64,000 nucleotides of DNA from the NCBI GenBank assembly GCA_003344405.1, contig NOWV01000012.1, forward strand, positions 186,001-250,000, given 5' to 3'. Below the pieces are notes generated by a model. The model was given only the letters and a program-made list of their open reading frames with translations. It did no database searches and was not told where the DNA came from. Positions 1 to 14,600 of the stretch are shown in pieces. This DNA comes from Trichoplax sp. H2 (lineage: Eukaryota). The first letter of the stretch is position 1. Each line of letters begins with the position of its first letter. Made by a program: the position numbers and the translations under genes.

Positions 1-1524
1 TGGAAAAGTGACGTAAAGTGATTCAGTGGATGTCATGATGATGTTTAAAATCGGCATCTCTTTAATACTGCCTCTCTAATTTATTGATATTATTTTTATA
101 TTAGCTACTGTACACTCATGCATATTTTGCATTAAATTGAGTATTCCCCTTTAGCATTGTACATACATATATGGTAGCCATACTAACAAGGGAAATGATA
201 TACTATCTTGTAAACTTGATAAATATTTTTTTTACTGACAGTTTATTATTGTTATATTAACTATTTTTTATTTTATCTTTGCCTGAACTAAAAGTTTGAT
301 ATTTGCTGTAATGCAAGTCGTGTTTAGAATAATTCCTGGGTAGTAAGAATATTATTATATGTCGTCAATTTTCATACCTGAACTAATGAAAATTTTGCTA
401 TCGTAGTGACGACCTAAAAATCGAAGTAATTGAGGCTAAGTATGATAAACATTTTTATTGAAGATAATATGAAATTATCACAGCTTTTTATATCACCCGG
501 GCGTAATTATAGATGGAGTGAACTAATACATCATTTGAATACTAGGTATACTAATTCACTGTTGGTTAATTAATAATTAATATATGTAACATCATTGTAT
601 CTTATCACTGTTTAACGGAGCTATACTGTATGGAAATCTCAGTAAATTAACTCCAATGAATAATGCGATAATTCAACATACTTGTAATCCATAAATTTTG
701 CTGCCGTATTACGACATTAACAAAATATTGCTATATCATAAGTATGTGTACTAAGATTGTACTAAATGCTATGTGTAAGTAGCATTTATTAAAAGAGTTC
801 TAGTTAAAACTTAAATTTATCAAAAGGTGTAAAATGGTTATCATATAAATTATGTAAAATATATGGTAAAAGATATCGACTTGAGAAAGCTATTATTGTT
901 TCGTAAGTCTACGGCACCCAATTCATAAGCTTAAATCTTGATAAAAAGAGAAATTTACTGCAACAATCTATTGGTGAACAATATTTCACCTAAGAGTGAT
1001 AGAAAAAATAAGATGAATTTTTCGACAGTATTGATCTCACAGCGTACAGTTAGTGTTAAATTTACGAATTAATCAACTTATAATGAGTAATTATATATAC
1101 AAGAAAATGAGAAATGTATATGGGTCTTGCTAGTATAGCTTTTATAATATATAATCGGCAACGGTTTCAGACCTTGCAACCGTCTAGACCTGAATACAAT
1201 AATAAATCTACCGATTAAATATTAGAAATCAGTTTACCACTAACGCATTAGATTATTATCTCCGTGGATAGAAAAAGTTCACGCTGTCAATTTTATTCGT
1301 AAATGCATTATTGATGAAGAATCTAACACCTGTTACAAATATATTTATTAGTAACATGTTTACTTCATACATGTACCAGCTGTAAAATTGTTCCGTTGTT
1401 AAGAAGCTAACATTTCAATAGCTATTTAAACCAGCATTTGAACATTTTTAAGCATATTTCAGTCCACTTTGTGGTGATTGATAATCAACAAATATTTACA
1501 TTTGGTACAACCTACGTTATTAAG

Positions 1525-2296
1525 ATGAAGATTGCTTTTATATTTCTTATTGTTTTAGCTTTAAGTTATCATATATTTGGTAACCCTATCAAAGACCATG
1601 ATTCCTACAGTGGAGGTAAATAATAGCAATTATCTGTACACAAATAGTCCACGCATAGTTCGAAGTCCTTTTTAAGATTTTAATTTAATCCAATTTTATT
1701 ACGAAAGGTATATTTCTATTTACTGAAGAATAAGATTTTGAATCGCGTCACATACATTGGTTATTGCCTATCGCAAAAATTTCTATGATTGAATAATATA
1801 ATATGTTACTATTTTATCTCAATTCCAAGGTTACGGCAATGATAGGCATAAATCCAAAACGAAAGGAATAGTTTATAAAGAAGTACGTAAATACGTTAAG
1901 AATGATCACGCCAGGCCATACTACAACGTAGGCTACAAAGGAAAGAAAGGTTATGACGACTACTATTATATTGGTAAGAAAGATTACGACGATTATTACT
2001 ATGGAAAGAAAGGTTACGACGATTATTATTACGGAAAGAAAATGTATAATGATTATGATAAAAAAGGAGGCTATAGTAATAATTATTATGGGAGAAAGGG
2101 TCATGATGACTACTATGGAGGGAAAAAAGACTACAATGATTACGGAAAGAAAGATTACGGCCAAGAAGGATACTACTATGGTTATTACAAACAAGGACAA
2201 GACTCCCATGGTAAGGGTAAATCTGGGCGTAATTATGGCTACCAAGATATTTATGGAGATAAAAAGCATGATTATGATTACTATACTGAATATTAA
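1525..2296 (+). CDS. Secreted peptide precursor (YYamide-type neuropeptide precursor), 2 exons: 1525-1615 and 1830-2296, 185 aa
   Basis: Signal peptide MKIAFIFLIVLALSYHIFG; phase-1 GT..AG intron 1616-1829 joins in frame; repeated cassettes GYDDYYYI-GKK, DYDDYYY-GKK, GYDDYYY-GKK, GGYSNNYY-GRK, GHDDYYG-GKK, DYNDY-GKK (Gly amide donor plus dibasic site); AATAAA near 2344. Confidence 0.85.
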
Positions 2297-3635
2297 TCGT
2301 TCTATTACTTAAATGACTCTAATTAACCTAGAATTTAGACAAAAATAAAAACAAGATTTATTCACAACAATTGACGAGTAAATTTTTTACTCATTTATAG
2401 CAATACGTATAGTCACGGACATTTGACGATAGTGAAATACAGTATAAGCATATCTTTACTTCTGTTGTAATGCATCTGATATATGGACGAATGATGCTAC
2501 TTCATGATTTGATATATAGTTACGCTTTCAGCAACAACTAAATTGTGATGGAATAATAAACACAAACTTTTCATAAAGTCAAACTACTCTCTCTTTTGGT
2601 CATACTATTTCACAATATCAAAAAGTACAAGTGTATTTTCAAGGTACTATCTCTAACTACAGTAGTTCAAAAACGACTTTTCAAGCCATAAAAGGTGTAT
2701 TAATGGCTGAATACATGTATACTATTTGTATACGTTTCACAATCGAAAACATTACATAACTAAACTCTTATATGAATCAGGTACACGCATAGGTTCCATA
2801 GGTTAAGATTTTCAGACGATGTCAATTGCCTTGATATAAAGTTTGACAATAGTTCTGAAAAACTAGACGATATTTACATTGTAATTAAATAAAGCAAAAG
2901 TACTGTATACCTATATGGAAATTGTAAATGTAGTTTCTGTAGTTTATCACAACACGTACTTTGGGAAACTTATCAAACATCTGATAATAAAATAATTATA
3001 ATATATTGAATACTATATTTTCTCGTAGCCAACAGAGTCTAGCTATACCTATATATTTTCAGTATGTATTTACCGCAGATTGAAGCAATAAGAAGATAAA
3101 TTGCTAACAGAACTCTTAGATTAAGTAAAAGTTTGCAAAGTTTAAGAACTCACTTTTTTATTGAAACTTTTATCTCGTTATTCAGTACAGTTTAGTTGCA
3201 TAACGATATCAGGTAACAGAAGTCCCTAACGATGTACACAAATAACATGACTAACCATGCAATATGAGTTATATAGCTGCAACGTTCCTGTTAGTCAACT
3301 GTTGGTTCATTAAATGATCAATTCATTTCCTTGATTGACGCAGTACATGATAAAAAGTTGGTAAATGTTTTTACAATAAGAGTTTCATACATTTTTAAGC
3401 AATCATATTCTGATAGATAGACAGATACACTATAGCATCGCATCTCAAAGCTCCTGAAATAGCAATCGCGATATGGAAGCTGAAAACTTGATTAAAATGC
3501 CTTTACATTAAGTAATCTTTAAAGCGCATGAACGCAATCGTGTATAGTACTATGCATTTATCCTTTAAGGTTACGAGCTGGCACATCAACCTAAGTATCT
3601 AAAGTTATAGTCAACATGATATTTCAAACCTCACG

Positions 3636-5205
3636 CTAAGGCCAGGTAATGACTTTAGCTTTGGATAATTTTTTCGGCGGTGCCTCATCCTGTAAAGAAG
3701 AGTTGATAAAACAATTCCTAGTTTAATATAGTGGCCAAAATTACCTTTTCTAAAGAAGTTTTCATCACATCATTAGAACTTAGCGCCATTTATACGTATT
3801 TATAGGCATAATAGCAATCTGGCACTCTGCAATTACATTGCTATCGCGGTTCAATACCACAAACCCTCAAGATTAGCATAAACATACTGGAGTAAGCGCT
3901 TTCCTCTTCGCATGTACACTTGAAGGCCCGTCAAGATTCATATTATTATTAGGACTAGAGGTTGATGGAAATTGTTGAGAGGTGCTAGTTCGATTTATTG
4001 TAATATTAGTGTTATCTGCCATCCTCACAATCTTAGCTTCTTTTGGATTGTCGTCAGGGCTAGAAATGGTTTGATTTTACAAGTCGAAACATTATATAAG
4101 AGATTAACCATGTCTGATACGTATTAGGAATTTTAGAATAGAATATACGATCTTAAATCTTGCAGAATATGAGATTATTACATATCAATGCACAAAAACC
4201 CAACCAGAATTTATCATACCAAATTACAATCGTTATTCAATATGATTTTAAACTTTTAATATAGCGCATATACTGTACTAAATATAACTGAAATAATCTT
4301 TAGGTTGTACGTAAATCTGGTACCAGCGATAGTAGTAAAAACGCAATGAAACAGCAATACACAATTACTGAACCATTAGCTCTAGCCATTTTGCATAAAT
4401 TACCGTACTTTGTACACTTCGTTTACTGTAAGCTGTCTTATTGATACATTCATTAGACATTACTGTACTGTATACCTCGTATTATGTAGTAATATTAATT
4501 GTACGCTAGCGCAACTTACGCCATTGTTCCCTGTTGCACGATTTTCAGTGCCCTCTTGCGTTGACTATTGATTTGATGATTAGGTTTACTTGTATTGTCA
4601 ATAAAATCACTTGTTAGATCGCCATTATGAACATCATGACGATTGGAAGTTCTACCAAGCGTAGAATCCTCATCATTGATCCAGTTGGCAGTCGCTTCAC
4701 CTGTCGTAAATAGCTGAGAGTTGCATAAATCATCCGCTTGATTTGCGGATGGCGTAGTAAGTGAATGATCAGATTGATTTCTAGCTTGCAATTGCATCGA
4801 TAATGGACGCTCTGATCGTTTAGCTCGAGGCATAATATATTGTTGGTACAGTTTAAGAAGAGCAATCTTATCCAGACTACGATCAACGCTAATTTCTCTC
4901 TGATCAAAGATTGTTAGCAAATGCTGCCTTGATAAAATGTGTGGGTAGACGAGGAGTGATGCAGAATTGAAATTGCTACATTTTTGTACATCGGTATCAT
5001 TATTATGATCACTGTCCATCCTCTCAGCTAAATTGGAATATTCCTTTTTGGCACAAAGCCTACCTGGATAGATGGTATGGCTAGACTTAGTGGCAGCATC
5101 CTCTGCCTTTGTACATTGACCGCTGTTGGTGTTTTTGCAAAATTCAACGCCACTGCTAGATGGAAGGTGGGTTCTGTCAATTTTGAACATTCCATTATTT
5201 GCCAT
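3636..5205 (-). CDS. C2orf49: Ashwin family protein (tRNA-ligase complex subunit), exons 5205-4520, 4059-3888, 3689-3636, ~303 aa; start codon uncertain
   Basis: N-terminal Ashwin-like block LLVYPHILSRQHLLTIFDQREISV..LLKLYQQYIMPRAKR; canonical GT-AG introns keep frame; ends KKLSKAKVITWP*, matching the Ashwin C-terminal TWP. Confidence 0.8.
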
Positions 5206-5749
5206 TGCTATCTTATTATATCATCATCAACCCTATTTCACAGTACAGTACAATACATGTTTGTAATCTTTCTATTTATTGTAATAGTTTGCAGAGAGGT
5301 TTGGCCACCAGTTCTCCTGGATTGTTTGACATGTACTCGTTAACAGCACGCGTACAGAACTCGTATGTCGCTTTGTAGTGTTAACTTACTGTCATAAGGA
5401 AGAAAAATGACAGTAAATTAATTATGATCGGCACGGGAACGGGCAGGCACGCTTGTTGTTATTCACGTCAACAGTTCAATTCTGTCCTAACCAATCTACT
5501 TACTTTCATGGATAGGTCAGTCAGCGAGATAGATTATGCTTGAAGTAAATTACGATTAGCAAGTAATAAGAGAAAATGAAATGTTTAATCTTGAAATCGA
5601 AATATAAAACATACTACAACACGGCAACTTTGAATTGCAGTAGAGTACACCTCGATGTAGAACAGATGTCGTAAGCGTAGGCGACGTTTGCATTATAACA
5701 CCAAGAAATGGCATGACATCTATTTTACACATTTTTGTACGTACAGCAC

Positions 5750-6590
5750 TCACTACTGTACGTTTCTAGCTGCAACGTTTCCTACTGTCACAGTACTGTA
5801 AATATCCAGTACAGTACGCATAGACTACGGCACAGTACAGTACAGTACTTTACAATGTATTGTACGGTACTATAAAATTTGAAGGGTCTAATGTACAGAG
5901 TGTGATTATTTTCGATGGCACCCTGAAAACATATAATTGTACAGTATATGCTAAATCAGGCCCAAACTACGTGTATATATAAATGCTATACTATACAGGA
6001 ATTTCAACGGTATACAACTTGGATTTTTTAACGAAGGGGAGAGATCGAAAATAATCAGATTGGTACAGTCATGGTGCAATGTACTGTACACTGTAGGTAC
6101 ACAGCAGCGAAAGCGAGCGTTTGATTCTAATTCTACTAGTGCAAACTCCCGTCGCTTTGCTGACCAAGTTAAGCAGTTCAGTTCAGCTATTATAGCGTTT
6201 GTTTTTAATTCTATTTTTAGCTTAGATATTATTTTTTATTGATTTATTCTACAATACAGTACAGTAATGTAATTCTATTGTACTGTACAGTACATACTGT
6301 ACGGTGTACGGTACAGTATAATAGCCGTACTGTGCGTCAGAGCCAACCCTAATCATGTAAGCAGCTCAGTTCAACTATTGTAGGTCGAGTCAGACACTAA
6401 GCTAGCTTATAATAACACACACACACATACAGTACAGTAATTCTATTGTACTGTACAGTACATACTGTACGGTGTACGGTACAGTATAATAGCCGTACAG
6501 TACTGTGCGTCAGAGCCAACCCTAATCAAGTAAGCAGCTCAGTTCAACTATTGTAGGTCGAGTCAGACACTAAGCTAGCTTATAATAACC
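5750..6590. promoter_or_regulatory. Probable bidirectional promoter region between Ashwin and myosin VI, with ACTGT/ACAGT arrays
   Basis: Divergent gene arrangement; dense GTACTGTACAGTAC-type motifs; candidate Myo6 non-coding exon ending AAAG|GTATCT at 6708/6709 and acceptor TTTTTTGCTAG at 8662, 7 nt before the ATG. Confidence 0.5.
6255..6589. repeat. Direct tandem duplication of ~160-170 bp separated by a short (CA)n
   Basis: TCTATTGTACTGTACAGTACATACTGTACGG...GACACTAAGCTAGCTTATAATAAC occurs at ~6255-6416 and ~6428-6589 with few differences. Confidence 0.9.
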
Positions 6591-7120
6591 TGCTGTGCTG
6601 ACGTGTTGAACTACTCACCAAGAGGCAAGAGGTGACAGTGAGGAGATTGCCAATATTGCATCTGCCATTGATTCAATTTTCACCAAATTTCGCCTAAGAA
6701 CTTCAAAGGTATCTCTCGAATCAATTCTCTTCTTCTTCATCATTGATTGAATAAATTTCTACGACAGTCCAGTAAATGCTGTACTAGAAGATAGTAAATT
6801 GAATTTTTGTTTTTGTTCTATACTTGGAGACTTGTTAAATTGAACTTTCAGTTTTCCCATTTTCATCTACTGCACATTGTACAATACGGTATACCTACTG
6901 TACTGTACAACTGTCCACTTGTATGCAGCATCTGCTTCTCGTCATCATTCACTTCATTTCATTGATTGTGGTAGCGATTCTATGAAATGGTTTACTAGTC
7001 AAATAAGTAGTAAAAACAAATCCATAAATTAACTACACTATTTCCTTAATGTTTTACTTCAATCATTTGAAGAATTTGCTGTTATCCAAATTATCTTTAT
7101 TGCTGTACCCGAAGAAGAAC

Positions 7121-7147
7121 AATAATAATAATAATAATAATATAATA
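7121..7147. repeat. (AAT)n microsatellite
   Basis: AATAATAAT run visible directly. Confidence 0.9.
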
Positions 7148-8669
7148 GTAATATAGCAATAATTGTACGATCTGCATAGAAATGATAAATAACATGGTAT
7201 TGATCATGGATAATACAAGATTTATGGATAACAGTCGTGAAAAAGAAAGAGTAATTAATTATAATCTATTAATTCCTTTATCCAAGACGACTCGAGTAGA
7301 GACTTTTTGCCAATTTTTGAGTACTTTTGAAAATCAACAAATTCAGTACCATGTCATACCTAACAGATCTATCCATCAAGTAACTAGGAAAACAACAAAT
7401 CGATCGATTTCGATCCTACTGTACTGTACAGTACTGTATTTAAAGAATTTATTTAATAGAGACTAGAGGCCTCTTCACTCTCTATAATAATTATTATTAT
7501 TGCACACAAACAAGCTTGTCTAATATGACAGTAGCGAATCTCATCGCTATATTAACGTTGCATATGGTTTAATTATAATTTCCCCTTTTCAAATACGTAA
7601 ATCACGTAAAAATTCCATCTTACGTATTCTTCTTCACTCTTGCTGATGTAGACAGTCGCGGTTTTATCGGAGCTATTACGAAATTTTTTTTTGGGGGGGG
7701 GAACATTTAAATGGCTGTCTCGTCTCGAAACCTTCTTTTGATATATTATTTGTCCAATTTCTTTTTATCAAAAAAAATATTCAGTACATACAGTACTGTA
7801 CTTTGACTATGGTTGCCTGAATGAAGTTGACAAGTTGACTGAAAGACAATCCTCAAGAAAAGTATGCACACAGCAATTATCGTGCTTGACAGTATTACTA
7901 CTCGTATGTATTGAGGTGTATTAGCAGAATCAGAAACTACCCACTGATTGTTAACATAAAAGTGTTTTCTCTGAGAAATTTCCCTCACAGAGATCGATGA
8001 ATTGACGTACTTTCGGTCATAAAAATTATACTGTGCAGTACACAGTGTACGAGCCGAAAGTATATAAAAGTTAAATTTAAATACTTAATACGCTTCTACT
8101 ACTGAAGTTAAATATTCTAACATACACACATAACATAGATAAGAGTACAGTTTACCATAGACTGGTTGGTTCTTGTGTAATTTAACATCGTAAAATCGCT
8201 CACATTTGTTCGTTATTCAGATAATGAACTGTAAAGTAAACATGGTAGCTTATTGTGGTCAATAGGAGATTGCGTTGAATATTTATCGTGAGGATAAAAT
8301 AGAATACTAGTGCAGTATTCACCAACTGTATTTTCTCCTTTTACTGGCATGCATAATAATGGGCGCTATACATGCAATGTCGCATGTCACTATAAGACAC
8401 ATTAAAATGACCTGTTTTAGTAATCTTAAAGTATTATCAGCTGCGTTACATTACAAGCTATAACCCTACTAATGATTTTACTCTTAACCATCACAGCAAG
8501 TCAGTAATATTGTACTAATTTTACTTACATTAATTAATTATTATAATGAATCAATAAAGTTGATCCTACTAGGATATCCTTTTATTTTCCTTCCTAACAA
8601 TCATTTCTAAAGATATCTGATAGATCTTATTGTTCTTAACCTGATCACATCTTTTTTGCTAGGTAAATT

Positions 8670-11600
8670 ATGGATGGAGGTCGTCTAGTATGGGCTCCGG
8701 ATGAAAAAGAGGGATTTACTCTAGGAACGATTGTCGATGTCGGTACGGAAACATTGACGATACAGCCTAGATCCTCTTCTTCGCAGGTAATTGCTATAGG
8801 GTATTATTTTAAATAAGAATACCATGTTCTAATTGCCAAATACTAAAAATTTCCATTTGGCAACTGAAAAGTAACTAATTCACTAGTTTTATATATTGTA
8901 ACTGAATATCGGATGAAAATTTTTTTATGGCCGCTTAAGTTCTATTATTATTGACCGTGCTCTAGCTATTAACATTATACTAGAGCAGTTTCTCTTTGAA
9001 GTGCAGTAGTAAAATATGCCTATGCTAACGACCTTGAAAATTAAATTATAGACCATCCAGGTACCGTATAACCGTTTATTCTTAGCCGATGAAGACGATT
9101 CTCGAACTGCAGATGACAATTGTAAGTGTCAATACATGTAACGGTGTAGGATCCCCGACTGTCATAATACATCAATACAATCCTTACTGTCCAGTACTGT
9201 AGTTATATTAATATTTACAAACTTGATATCTTGACTTTACATGTACATTCAAATTCTGCAAAAGATTCAATAATTCTTTGTTACGTTATGCTTTCCTGCT
9301 TAAACTTTTAAATACTAGCTACTATTGTTTTTATTTAGCGACTATAAGCGTTAATGTTATATTATAGCTACATATAAATTAAGGCTTTGATTTTCTGACA
9401 AATTTCATTCCAATTTTCTCTTACATATTTCCTTAACTCGGAATACGTATAGTTAGTCCGGTTAATTGTCTATAATTCAATTCGTATTGTTGTAATCTTT
9501 AGTCTTTTAAATTCAAAAGGAATTTCGGTCACATGAACCTAAATCGCCTTCAATTCTCAATACAAACAGTCGTATTATAGTCCTACATTTCTATTCTATC
9601 AAAATTAGGCAAAAATATATCAACTGCTTTTCTTCATTAAAATTTAAACCTCGTATGTCGTATTCTCTCATACATTACGTCTTTAGTACACTACTCAATC
9701 GGGAAGGAAAAATTGATATTCCTATGATATTCCTATAAGAATTGAACGATGTTCTTGATTGTCATCAAAAGACATTTAATGTATTGATATAACGTCAAAC
9801 ATTGCTTTCTCACTTGCAGACTGGTAACTCGTATATAAGACAGGTTGCTATCCTCGATTGCGTAAATAATATAATTATCCTATACCAACTGGCTCATCTA
9901 ATAGCTCTGATGAACTATTAGTTACTAACAACTAAAAGTACATTGCAGCTACTACTATTGTAAATATTAATTTCTGTAAGAAATCTGTTTAAATGAAATT
10001 TATCATTCCATACTCCCTGAGTACGATTGAATTAAGTTTTTACCTATCATCACATAAAATATCTCATATGCACATATTTTGATTGATCTAACAATACAAC
10101 ATTACGCTTATGTTGTTGATACAATTAATCATGTACGAATATCTAATTATCTATTCATTGAGCGGGTACACTAGAGACCTTAGAGGGTTTCTAGGGTACA
10201 CCCTATAGTACCTGCATATAGTGCTTTAATAGCTGTACTGTATAGCTATAGTAATTCCCTAACTAGCCTAAGATCCAAATATAGTATTTCATGCATCGGC
10301 GAGCAAACGCTATGATAATAATGAATAGCTTCTGTGATCGGCTGAAAATATAAACTAGCTGAAATAATTAGCCCATAGTATTATAGCATGTAGCACAGAG
10401 CTTAAAGTTCGCTTCCGCTACCATCGCTGTTACTCCTTGAATTAGTTAGATATCAATAGTTGAAGAGGAGTAGAGAATCACAAATTTACCTGTATCAAAA
10501 TTAATTCACTAGCCGCATCTTACTAATTTCGCTTTGTTCTCTTACTTCAGGTTCGCTAATGTATCTAAACGAAGCTACTCTGTTGCATAATTTGCGATTA
10601 AGATACCATACCGATATTATTTATGTAAGTTCTACGTATTTATATAAAAAATAAAATTTTCCAACCTTTATCGGTAACGTTTGAGTAACTAATTAATTAA
10701 TAACAATGCACAATTTTAAGATGATTAATGATAAAAGTAATTCTTTATTTTTTAGACATTTGTTGCAAACATCTTGCTAGCTGTTAACCCCTATCATGAA
10801 CTAAAAATTTATGATGCCGAACATGTCAAACGATACCATAATAAATCATTAGGGCAACTTCCGCCTCATATCTATAGTATCGGTAAGTTTCTTTTTCTAG
10901 TCGGGCTACTTGAGTTGAAAGTGATCGTATAGATAATCGCTTGCAAACTCTAAACGTAACTTTACTTCGCATTTATACAGCACAATACTAAACTAACCTT
11001 CTTAACAATTAAAAATACAGCCGATAAAGCGTATCGTGATATGAGAATATCCAAGCAGAGTCAATCAATTATTGTTAGCGGTAAGTTACTCATTTTGATT
11101 GTTTTACTAACGTAACAACTCTGATATAATCGATTATTCCACTCTTTACTAATATTAAAGGTGAAAGTGGAGCCGGGAAAACTGAATCGACTAAATATAT
11201 AATTAGGTATACAATCTACAGGCAATAATAAATAGAGGCCTATCGGTTAAGTTCTTTGTATTCTGAAAAGAATTTAGCGTACTCGTACTGCATCTACATA
11301 CGTAGTGTGTAATTTATAACTTTCTAAAATTACTTATTCAATTATATTTAATTATTGTCTGTCACTCATCTTTATAGATATTTAACTGAGTCATGGGGTC
11401 AAGGCGCTGGAACCATCGAGCAGCGTATTGTGGAAGGTAGTCATATTTCGACGCTGATTTATGCTAGATGATGCTATGAACTACTTACTGTTCGCTACTT
11501 CAAAATTTCAAGGAAATAATTATTTGATTAATAATTATAATTCAATATACCAGATTAATAGTTATCCGTACAGACATATAGGCATGAGCATCACACTGAA

Positions 11601-14600
11601 TCACCTAAACATATTTGAACGGTATATTATAACGTTTTATTGCCCTTACATAGCAAACCCTCTTCTGGAAGCCTTTGGAAATGCCAAAACTGTACGAAAC
11701 GACAACAGTAGCAGATTTGGCAAATTCGTTGAAATTCACTTTGATAGTCAGGTTTGATATTGCTTTTTTAAACGAACTTATCGTACGTGCGGAGCGTATT
11801 CTCAACGTTAACAAAAACAATTTCTAAAATGGATTATAATAAATTATATCATACTATAGTCAAGCGTGGTAGGTGGCTTTATTTCGCATTATTTACTCGA
11901 AAAATCGCGTATATGCGTCCAGAGCAAATATGAGAGAAACTATCACATCTTTTACGCTCTTTGTGGAAGCTTGCCAGATGAACAGAAAAAGAAGCTGTAC
12001 TTGAAAAATATCAGTGATTACAAGGTTGATAGCTCAAACGTTTTCATTTCGCTTAAACTACAGCAGTGATAGTAAAAGGAATTACTACTCTTTACCGTTA
12101 CGCCATACCAACATTACAAATAGAATTTATCTCATCTCCATCATTAGCCAATTCGTATCTTTTCGTTAATATCAAATTTGAGCCGAGATAATCCTCACAA
12201 ACTTATTTTTTGTTTTATAGTATTTAAATCACGGTGATGTCGATATCACTACTAGGGATAATGTCGGAGACTTCAAGCGCATGGAAGCTTCTATGAACAA
12301 GTTAAACATTGACATAACTGAACGATTCAATATCTACCGTCTGGTATCAGCCGTTTTACAATTAGGGAATATAACATTTGAGGAGGATCTTTCCGATAGC
12401 AGAGGTACAATAGAGTTGCCTTTAAACAAATTTTGATTATAATTTGGTACTAGTACTCACAACGTGATCGATTGGTCATCGTTTGAATTTTTTTAGGTGG
12501 TAGTAACGTATGTGATGAATCAAAATGTTATCTTCAAAATGCAAGTCGTCTTCTCTGTCTTGATGAATCTGATTTAGCAAATAGTCTAACTACTCGTGTT
12601 ATGACTACTGCTAGAGGTGGTACGAAAGGGACTGTTTACATGTATGTTTCATAATATTATCCACATTTTATTAACTCTTTATAGTTTTTCATTTATTTGT
12701 TTAAAGCGGTAACCTCCTATGATTACCTAATTGCACTTATATAATAGGGTTCCGCTAAAACCTGAGCAATGCACAAATGCCCGTGATGCTCTCGCTAAGG
12801 CAATTTATTCCCGTCTATTTGATGCGGTTGTTGGTAGAATCAATTCATGCATTCCATTCAAAAGTACCTCTAATTATATAGGAGTACTAGATATCGCAGG
12901 ATTTGGTAAATATGCATTGTTACCATTGCTTGTCGTAAACAGCCGGCTACATGTTAAGATTCGGTTAAATATTTATTATTTTACAGAATATTTTCGCTAC
13001 AACAGCTTTGAACAATTCTGTATTAACTACTGCAATGAAAAACTGCAGCAGTATTTCAACAATAGAGTCCTAATCGAGGTTCGAAATAACGCACTTCATA
13101 CTTAATTCCCGTAGCACTGAAAACGTTCAACCATTTTGTACAGATTATGAAATTCGGATATGTTCGCATTAAGTACAAAGATTTTATATAACATTAGGAA
13201 CAGAAACTCTATGAAGTGGAAAGGCTCGGAATCTCGCCTGTTTCATTTACGGACAACCAAGACTGTATAGGTAACAATAATTCGAAATACGATCTTCAAA
13301 CGTTCCTGGCTGTAACTATATTAAACCTCTAGGAAGTCCACTAACTTACTAAATATAATATAGAGTACTGTTAATTAACCAGCAGTAGCTCTTAGCATTT
13401 CCATTGCTTAATTAAATATCTTTAATATTGCAATAGATATTATCGAGGCTAAACCGAACGGTATATTTAATTTATTGGATGAAGAAAGCAAACTACCTAA
13501 AAGCAGCTGTGAACATTTTACTTTAGCAGTACACGATCGTTATGATGGACACTTTCGGCTGATGGTATTGCACTATTTTAGTCCTTAAGAAATGCCTACA
13601 ACAATATATCTTAATTAATATAACTACTTCGAACTAGGCACCAAGAAAATCAGCTGTATCTACTTATAGAACATTACGTAATGAAGAAGGATTCATAATT
13701 CGTCATTTTGCTGGCGCTGTTTGTTATGCAACTGTAAAGATTTTCTCCTTTTATCGTATCATATAGAATTCAATAGATAAAATACTAATTTGCCTATAAT
13801 AATGGTACAATATGCAGTATTAAAATGCTTTAATTTTATGGCAACTTAGAGACAATTTATAGAAAAAAATAACGATGCTCTTCACACCAGTTTGGAAATG
13901 TTAATTCATGAAAGTAAAGACTTATTCTTGAAGGGCGTATTTTGTCGCGAGGTTGAAAGTGATAAACCAAAGTCGAAAAAAAGTAATACGTCAAAACTTG
14001 CGCTAGTTAGTGTTGGCAATAAATTTAAGGTAAAATTTAGCAAATTTTTGTATACTTTGCTGTAAAGCATGTTTCTTCGTCCTTCTAATATACAATCATT
14101 TTACATCACGCTATTTTATCGTTCCTGTAGACACAACTAAAGGAATTAATGGGCAAGTTAGAAAGCACGGTAAAAATGTTTTTACGATCTGTATCAAATG
14201 CTTAGAACTCTAAGCTGTTGGAACAATTTGCTACCAATTTATGCCTGCTATCGAAATATGTTCAAGCTAATCTAAACTCACATTGCAGGGATCATCCTTC
14301 ATACGATGTATCAAACCTAATGGAACTATGTCAAGTAATGTATTTGAAGGCGGCAGTGTATTAAGTCAACTTCAATGCGCAGGTAAATTTTTATGTACTC
14401 TGATATTAACATTAGATAAGGCTTTTACGAACGTTCCTAAGCTATTTATTGCTAGATAAAAAAGGCTAAAGAATAGTAATTTATTTCTGGTACGTATAAT
14501 TATTATACAGGGATGGTTTCTGTTCTAAAGTTAATGCAGACCGGTTTTCCATCACGTACTTCGTTTAAAGATCTTTATCAGAGGTACTAGATAGTCTGAT

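Noticed and set aside
1814-2312. Ile/Thr/Met-rich ORFs 1814-2269(-) and 1953-2312(+)
   Set aside because: Shadow frames of the repetitive peptide precursor exon.
6255-6589. CRISPR-like reading of the direct repeats here and at 61378-61870
   Set aside because: Eukaryotic context, long units with no unique spacers, no cas genes.
10163-10210. Short hairpin CTAGAGACCTT/AGGGTTTCTAG in a myosin intron
   Set aside because: Too short and lacks supporting H/ACA or transposon features.
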